A stretch of DNA of 31,702 nt, taken from contig JAYPXD010000004.1 of the NCBI GenBank assembly GCA_038135395.1, positions 1 through 31,702 of the forward strand. Reading direction: 5' to 3'. The first letter of the stretch is position 1. Every line of letters starts with the position of its first letter. A program made the position numbers and the translations under genes. Origin of the DNA: Alphaproteobacteria bacterium (GTDB lineage Bacteria > Pseudomonadota > Alphaproteobacteria > Bin95). The notes beneath the pieces are model-generated. The model was not told where the DNA came from. It did not search any database and was given only the letters and a program-made list of their open reading frames with translations. Of this stretch, positions 26,441-31,702 are shown piece after piece.

Positions 26441-26614
26441 TCGGCCACAATTCCAGTCACGAAGACGACACCGTCGATTTCAGATGATTTCCGAATGTAC
26501 GATGCTATATAATGATAGGCACAGCGAATCAAAATGTTCCGTGTAGGGCAGTATCGCTGACGAGAGTACCTTTTGTTCTGACCAACACAATAACAGGAAA
26601 TCGAGCACCGCCCT

Positions 26615-27280
26615 ATGCCCGAGGTCATCTTTAACGGACCCGACGGTCGCCTTGAAGGCCGCTACCACCATTACACAGACACCGATGGCCCAATGGCCGT
26701 GATCTTGCACCCGCATCCCCAGCATGGCGGGACAATGAACAATCGGGTGGTCTATGAACTGTTCCAAATTTTCAAACGCCGCGGTTATTCCGTGTTGCGC
26801 TTCAATTTCCGCGGCGTCGGCCGCAGCCAGGGCACGTATGGCCGCGGCGAGGGCGAGTTATCCGATGCCGCCGCAGCGTTGGACTGGATGCAGTCATTGA
26901 AGCCGGATTCAAAGGATGTCTGGGTCGCCGGCTATTCCTTCGGCGCATGGATCGGCATGCAACTGCTGATGCGCCGGCCGGAAATCGGCGGGTTTCTGTC
27001 CATTGGCGCGCCGGCGAATCTCTATGACTTTTCCTTCCTGGCGCCATGCCCGTCGTCCGGCCTGTTCCTGCATGCCGGCCAGGATGAGATCGTGCAGGAA
27101 GACGCGGTCAAGAAGCTGGTGGAGAAGCTGCGGGCACAACGCGGAATTTCAATCGATTTTGATCGGATTCCGGGCGCGACCCATACTTTCGGCAATCACA
27201 TCGACCCGATGGTAAAGACGGTGGAACGCTATTTGGATAAGAGAACGGCAGAACGCGCGGCCGAAGAAGCGGCGGCCTAG
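26615..27280 (+). CDS. Conserved alpha/beta hydrolase usually found beside alphaproteobacterial Fe-S/desulfurase loci
   Basis: MPEVIFNGPDGRLEGRY, ILHPHPQHGGTMNN, RFNFRGVGRSQG, GEGELSDAAAALDW, nucleophile AGYSFGAW, LAPCPSSG. Confidence 0.9.
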   Translation: MPEVIFNGPDGRLEGRYHHYTDTDGPMAVILHPHPQHGGTMNNRVVYELFQIFKRRGYSVLRFNFRGVGRSQGTYGRGEGELSDAAAALDWMQSLKPDSKDVWVAGYSFGAWIGMQLLMRRPEIGGFLSIGAPANLYDFSFLAPCPSSGLFLHAGQDEIVQEDAVKKLVEKLRAQRGISIDFDRIPGATHTFGNHIDPMVKTVERYLDKRTAERAAEEAAA

Positions 27281-27384
27281 GATAATTCCCGTTCGAATGG
27301 GTTCATTTGAACGGCGAAATTTACCCGACTGCCATAAACTTAAGAGCGGCTTCCCCCGATCATACTGATCCGGCGCCACTCTAG
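27277..27384. repeat. 108-bp CTAG-bounded two-hairpin intergenic element (degenerate CIR/REP-like)
   Basis: CTAG at both ends (27277-80, 27381-84). Hairpin 1: CCGTTCGAATG-GGTT-CATTTGAACGG. Hairpin 2: AGAGCGGC..GATCA-TAC-TGATC..GCCACTCT. Confidence 0.55.
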
Positions 27385-27500
27385 CCCGTCACGCCCAAAC
27401 GCGCCGATACTTTTTCCACAACTGTCGTCTGGGCGTGGTATCTCCTCTCCGATTGCTTCGGAGACGCGTGTTGCGCCACAGGCCAAAATTCATCGGGCGG

Positions 27501-28415
27501 TTGATACGATCGCTTTTCAGCGGACGCGGTCCATGGCGCGCGCTGCGTCCGTGGCGGGCCATCGCCGGACCGGGCGCAGCAGGCGCGGTCGCAGCAGCGA
27601 TGCTGGCCCAGCCTTGCTTCGCCGCGGTTCCGGCCCGCGTCGTATCCCTCAACGTCTGTACCGATCAACTGGCTATGCTGATCGCCGCTCCTGGGCAGTT
27701 GGTCGCCGTTTCGCATCTGGCGCGGGAACCGCAGTCATCGGCGATGGCGACGGACGCAGCCGCGTTTGCGGTAACCTCCGGCGCAGCCGAGGACGTCTTT
27801 CGCCTGAAACCCGATCTCGTATTGGCCGGAGCGTATACAACGCCGGTCACCGTGCGGCTGTTGGAACAGCTTGGCGTACGGGTCGAACGGTTCGCTTCGG
27901 CTACCAGCATCGACGCCATCGCGTCGGACCTGCGCAGAATGGGGCGGGTCTTGGGACAGGAGGCGACCGCAGAAGCTTTAGCGGTTGCGATGAGTGCGCG
28001 GCTCGAACGCCTGGCGGCGGCAATTGCCGGCTCACCTCCCGTCCGGGCGATCTTCCTGGACGCCAACAGCTATACTGCCGGTGCGGGTACATTGATGGAC
28101 AGCCTGATCGCCGCAGCCGGCTTTCGCAACATCGCTGCGGACCTGAGGCTTACCGATACGGCCCGCTTACCGCTGGAACGCCTGGTTTTGGGCAAGCCGC
28201 AGGTGTTGCTGGTGCCCGAACGGTACGGCCAACCGTCCCAAGGCGAAGCCGTGCTCGATCACCCCGCGGTTCATGGCTTGATCGGTCATCCACCTGCCAT
28301 CGAGGTGAATGGCGCCGCCGCAGTATGCGCGACGCCAGCAACCGTTGCGACCGCGGAGCACCTTGCCGCCATCGGCCGCGCCTACGCCAAGGGACAAGGC
28401 ATGGCCGATGAGTGA
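27501..28415 (+). CDS. Periplasmic binding protein of a cobalamin/iron-siderophore ABC transporter (BtuF-like); start uncertain (27435-27600)
   Basis: RVVSLNVCTDQL, QLVAVSHLA, AEDVFRLKPDLVLAG, GTLMDSLIAAAGFRN, LPLERLVLGKP. Confidence 0.85.
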   Translation: MIRSLFSGRGPWRALRPWRAIAGPGAAGAVAAAMLAQPCFAAVPARVVSLNVCTDQLAMLIAAPGQLVAVSHLAREPQSSAMATDAAAFAVTSGAAEDVFRLKPDLVLAGAYTTPVTVRLLEQLGVRVERFASATSIDAIASDLRRMGRVLGQEATAEALAVAMSARLERLAAAIAGSPPVRAIFLDANSYTAGAGTLMDSLIAAAGFRNIAADLRLTDTARLPLERLVLGKPQVLLVPERYGQPSQGEAVLDHPAVHGLIGHPPAIEVNGAAAVCATPATVATAEHLAAIGRAYAKGQGMADE

Positions 28416-29415
28416 GCCGGCGTCCTACCCCCTTTTGTTGGCGCTACTAGCCACCATAGTCGCCATCTTGTTCGCTGCGTCTTTACTGACGGGCGTTTCG
28501 GGCATCGGCGTCGTCGAAGGCATCTCGGCGTTGTTCCATCCCGCCCCGGGTGAGGAGGCGGTCGCGCTGGTCATGCGTGAGATCCGGCTGCCCCGCGCCA
28601 TTCTGGGCCTCGCCACCGGACTATCCCTGGGTCTGGCGGGGGCGGTGTTGCAGGGCTATCTCCGCAATCCGCTGGCCGAGCCCGGGTTGATCGGCGTATC
28701 CGGCGCGGCTTCGTTTGGCGCCGTCCTGGCGTTTTACACCGGGTTGGCGGGATGGGTCCCACTGGCTCTGCCGGCTATGGCATTGGCCGGCGCTCTGATT
28801 GCCGTACTGCTGGTATTCGCCATTGCCGGCCCTAAGGGGGGCTGTTTGCGGGTGATCCTGGCGGGAATCGCCGTCTCCAGTCTGGCCGGAGCGTTGGTGT
28901 CGCTGACGCTCAACCTGTCTCCCAACCCGTTCGCCGCCTATGAGATCATGTTCTGGCTGCTCGGCTCGTTGGCGGACCGTTCGATGGACCATGTGGCGAT
29001 CGCAGCGCCGTTTATGGTGGTCGGTTGGGGATTGCTCGCGCTGACGGCGCGCAGTCTCGATGCGCTGACACTGGGGGAGGATGCTGCCGTGTCGCTCGGC
29101 GTGCGCCTAGGGCGGGTCCGCCTGCTGGCCATGGTCGGGACGGCTCTGGCGGTTGGCGCTGCGACCGCCGTGGCGGGGGCCATCGGGTTCGTCGGATTGG
29201 TGGTCCCGCATCTGCTACGGCCGCTGGTTGGAGCACAACCATCAAAGCTGCTGCCTGCTTCCGCGCTGGGTGGAGCCGCACTGCTGCTTGCCGCAGACCT
29301 GGCCGTGCGCCTGGTCGCGCCGGATCGCGATTTGAAACTGGGCGTGATTACGGCTTTGATCGGTGCACCATTCTTTGTCTGGCTGGTGCTCAGCGACAGG
29401 CGGGCCACAGAATGA
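28408..29415 (+). CDS. FecCD/BtuC family ABC permease
   Basis: EIRLPRAIL, GAVLQGYLRNPLAEPGLIGVS, FWLLGSL, LGEDAAVSLG, GAIGFVGLVVPH, GVITALIGAPFF; start overlaps the binding-protein stop. Confidence 0.92.
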   Translation: MSEPASYPLLLALLATIVAILFAASLLTGVSGIGVVEGISALFHPAPGEEAVALVMREIRLPRAILGLATGLSLGLAGAVLQGYLRNPLAEPGLIGVSGAASFGAVLAFYTGLAGWVPLALPAMALAGALIAVLLVFAIAGPKGGCLRVILAGIAVSSLAGALVSLTLNLSPNPFAAYEIMFWLLGSLADRSMDHVAIAAPFMVVGWGLLALTARSLDALTLGEDAAVSLGVRLGRVRLLAMVGTALAVGAATAVAGAIGFVGLVVPHLLRPLVGAQPSKLLPASALGGAALLLAADLAVRLVAPDRDLKLGVITALIGAPFFVWLVLSDRRATE

Positions 29416-30209
29416 GCCTGCTCCAAGTCCGCGACCTGCACGTCGTACTGGCAAAGCAGACGGTGATCGGCGGCGTGTCCTTGTCGGTTGAGCCTGGAGA
29501 GATCGTCGGCCTGATCGGGCCGAACGGCGCAGGCAAGACAACCCTGATGAAGGCTGCTCAAGGGCTGCTGCCGCGGCAGAGCGGAACCATCGCCCTGGCC
29601 GGTCACGATCTGGAACGGCTGACATCGGCGGACCGCGCCCGCCAGCTCGCCTGGTTGCCGCAGGAACGGGAGATCGCATGGCCCATCGCGGTCGGGCGGT
29701 TGGTGGCGCTCGGACGGTTGCCGCATCACGGCGGTTCCGATGGCAACCGGCAAAGCGACCGCCACACGGTCGAACGCGCAATGCAGCAGGCCAACGTGGC
29801 CCATTTGGCAAGCCGTCCGGCCACAGCGCTGTCCGGTGGGGAACGCGCCCGGGTGCTGCTGGCCAGAGCGCTGGCGCAGGAAGCGCCCCTTCTGCTGGCG
29901 GACGAGCCTGCCGCCGGCCTCGATCCCGGCCATCAGATCGACCTGATGCAAACGCTCAGAACCCTGGCGGACGCCGGCAACGGCGTGCTGGTCTCCATGC
30001 ACGACCTGGGACTGGCCGCGCGCTGGTGCGACCGGCTGTTGTTGCTGGAGCGCGGCCAGATTCTGGCGGATGGTCCGCCGGAAGCCGTGCTGACGACGAC
30101 ACGCCTCCGCACGGCCTATGGCATAGAGGCTGTGATCCAGGCGGATGAAACGGCCGGCCTGACCATTACCCCCTTGCATCGCACACCCCGACACGATCCG
30201 AACCTATAG
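29412..30209 (+). CDS. ABC transporter ATP-binding subunit (BtuD/FecE-like)
   Basis: Walker A GPNGAGKT, signature LSGGERAR, Walker B LLADEP, H-loop SMHD; ATGA overlap with the permease. Confidence 0.92.
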   Translation: MSLLQVRDLHVVLAKQTVIGGVSLSVEPGEIVGLIGPNGAGKTTLMKAAQGLLPRQSGTIALAGHDLERLTSADRARQLAWLPQEREIAWPIAVGRLVALGRLPHHGGSDGNRQSDRHTVERAMQQANVAHLASRPATALSGGERARVLLARALAQEAPLLLADEPAAGLDPGHQIDLMQTLRTLADAGNGVLVSMHDLGLAARWCDRLLLLERGQILADGPPEAVLTTTRLRTAYGIEAVIQADETAGLTITPLHRTPRHDPNL

Positions 30210-30238
30210 TCAAAGCTCGGTTGCCTTTGGCGGGTCGA

Positions 30239-30288
30239 CAAATTCGCCGATCCATATAATGCAATCGTTATATAGATCGGCGAATCTG
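30239..30288. repeat. 50-bp near-perfect palindrome upstream of metY
   Basis: ATTCGCCGATC-C-ATATAA-TGCAATCG-TTATAT-A-GATCGGCGAAT (30242-30285), with CA/TG pairing further out. Confidence 0.75.
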
Positions 30289-30367
30289 GAATTTTCTTAG
30301 CGCTTTCGTCGCAGATTTGTGCTTACGTGGCGCTTCTTTCCACACCAACGTCGGGAGCGGCCTCAGC

Positions 30368-31651
30368 ATGAGCACTTCAAAAAATCCAGAGACACTTGGT
30401 CTTCACGCCGGCTATCGGGCGGACCCGGCAACCGGGGCCGTCGCGGTGCCGATCCACCAGACAACATCCTATCAATTCCGCGATACCGCCCACGCAGCGG
30501 CATTGTTTTCGTTGCAGGAATTGGGCCCGATCTACACCCGCATCGGCGGCCCGACCGCCGATGTGCTGGAACAACGGATCGCCGCGATGGAAGGCGGCGC
30601 TGCTGCCCTCGCGGTCAGTTCCGGCCAGGCAGCCAGCGCGTTCGCGGTCCAGAATATCGCGCACGCCGGCGACAACATCGTCACCTCGACCGACCTGTAT
30701 GGCGGCACATGGAACCTGTTTGCCAATACCTTTAAGGACATGGGCATCGAGGTCCGCTTCGTCGATCCGGCCGACCCGCAGGCCTTCGCCCGCGCGACCG
30801 ACGACAAGACGCGCGCCTACTACGCCGAGACCTTGCCAAACCCGAAGCTGAAGGTCTTCCCGATCAAGGAAGTCGCCGACATCGGCCGGCCGCTGGGCAT
30901 TCCGCTGATCATGGACAACACGGCGGCCCCGGTGATTTGCCGGCCGTTCGAGCATGGCGCGGCAGTGGTCGTCTATTCGACCACCAAGTATCTGGGCGGC
31001 CACGGCACCTCTATCGGCGGCATGATTGTCGATGGCGGCAATTTCGACTGGGAAGCGCATAAGGCGCGCCAGCCCTACCTGAACCAGCCGGACCCGTCCT
31101 ACCACGGCGCTGTCTGGACGGAAGCGGTGAAGCCGATCGGGCCGGTCGCCTATATCATTAAGGCCCGCACCACCCTGCTGCGCGATCTTGGCTCCGCCAT
31201 GTCCCCGTTCAACGCCTTCCTGACCATCCAGGGCGTGGAGACCGTGGCGCTGAGGATGGAGCGGCATTGCGAGAACGCGGTGAAAGTCGCAGACTTCCTG
31301 TCGAAACATCCGGCAGTCGAAAGCGTCATCTTCCCCGGCCTGATGACCGGAGAAGCCAAGGCTCGGGCTGACCGCTATCTGGGCGGCAAGTACGGCGCGC
31401 TGATGGGCATGGTCCTGAAAGGCGGCGCGGATGCCGGCAAGGCCTTCATCGACAAGCTGCAGATGTTCTATCACGTAGCGAATATCGGCGACGCCCGCAG
31501 CCTTGCGATCCATCCGGCCACCACCACCCACAGCCAATTGTCGGCTGAGGAGCAGGAGGCCACGGGCGTTTCCCCCGGCTATGTGCGCCTGTCCATCGGC
31601 ATCGAGCACATCGACGATATCATTGGTGATCTAAGCCAAGCGCTCAGCTAG
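30368..31651 (+). CDS. metY: O-acetylhomoserine aminocarboxypropyltransferase (sulfhydrylase)
   Basis: ETLGLHAG..DPATGAVAVPIHQTTSYQF, YTRIGGPT, SSGQAA, PLP lysine in YSTTKYLGGHG, HVANIGDARSLAIHPATTTHSQL, RLSIGIEH. Confidence 0.95.
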   Translation: MSTSKNPETLGLHAGYRADPATGAVAVPIHQTTSYQFRDTAHAAALFSLQELGPIYTRIGGPTADVLEQRIAAMEGGAAALAVSSGQAASAFAVQNIAHAGDNIVTSTDLYGGTWNLFANTFKDMGIEVRFVDPADPQAFARATDDKTRAYYAETLPNPKLKVFPIKEVADIGRPLGIPLIMDNTAAPVICRPFEHGAAVVVYSTTKYLGGHGTSIGGMIVDGGNFDWEAHKARQPYLNQPDPSYHGAVWTEAVKPIGPVAYIIKARTTLLRDLGSAMSPFNAFLTIQGVETVALRMERHCENAVKVADFLSKHPAVESVIFPGLMTGEAKARADRYLGGKYGALMGMVLKGGADAGKAFIDKLQMFYHVANIGDARSLAIHPATTTHSQLSAEEQEATGVSPGYVRLSIGIEHIDDIIGDLSQALS

Positions 31652-31691
31652 AGCAGATCCCGATCCGATAGGATCGGGTGAATCTGCTCTA
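31649..31691. repeat. Palindromic element beginning at the metY stop codon (CIR/REP-like, may also act as terminator)
   Basis: TAGAGCAGAT-CCCGATCC-GATA-GGATCGGG-TGA-ATCTGCTCTA; contains GAATC (GANTC) at 31680-31684. Confidence 0.7.
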
Positions 31692-31702
31692 ACTCTATGA
31701 AT

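Noticed and set aside
26441-26614. IscR/RirA/Irr operator in the AT-rich divergent promoter of the desulfurase operon
   Set aside because: TATAAT (26508-26513) and a minus-strand TTGATT-N17-TATAGC suggest overlapping promoters, but I could not identify a convincing palindromic operator by eye; a matrix scan is needed.
27381-27716. 111-aa minus-strand ORF ending at the repeat's CTAG
   Set aside because: It overlaps the binding-protein gene, has no motif or RBS, and its stop is explained by the repeat terminus.
30235-30260. Sigma70 promoter TCGACA...TATAAT for metY
   Set aside because: The spacer is only 14 nt, too short for a canonical promoter.
30290-30367. SAM-II (SAM-alpha) riboswitch before metY
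   Set aside because: GATTTG is present, but the pairing stem and the downstream GCTAAA pseudoknot strand are not.
30377-31609. 410-aa ORF antisense to metY; similar long shadow ORFs over icd (11586-12740), MFS (5319-6740), hpaB, LLM (19954-21132) and the btu genes
   Set aside because: They overlap well-supported genes, have no recognisable motifs and show the Arg/Ala/Gly/Gln-rich composition expected from stop-poor alternate frames in high-GC DNA.
1-31702. Frequent TAG stops (about a third of genes) as a sign of recoding
   Set aside because: All TAGs fall at the expected protein C-termini and there are no in-frame TAG read-through cases or pyl genes.

Overview
A GC-rich (~65%) alphaproteobacterial chromosomal segment, inferred from gene content, synteny and a CtrA box. 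It is mostly housekeeping and metabolic. Left part: end of a TRAP permease, rhodanese, a GMC oxidoreductase-cidA-lrgB operon, glutaminase, a membrane protein, an MFS transporter, an HpaB-family flavin monooxygenase, BI-1/YccA, cyclase plus FAH hydrolase, icd, LOG, LysM, DUF1223 and a frameshifted GT39 glycosyltransferase. Centre: a 992-aa, apparently exported beta-propeller + caspase (C14) protein with a perfect CtrA box upstream, then an LLM monooxygenase and tRNA-Met(CAT). Right part: a reduced sulfur-relay operon (two cysteine desulfurases-fdx-tenA-mnmA-5-formyl-THF cyclo-ligase), an alpha/beta hydrolase, a BtuFCD-like ABC transporter and metY, with several palindromic intergenic elements. 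I found no integrase, transposase, CRISPR array or rRNA. The best leads are the CtrA-linked caspase, the desulfurase/Fdx/TenA/MnmA operon, the CTAG-bounded repeat family and the GT39 frameshift. All family calls come from motif recognition by eye; no database searches were run.
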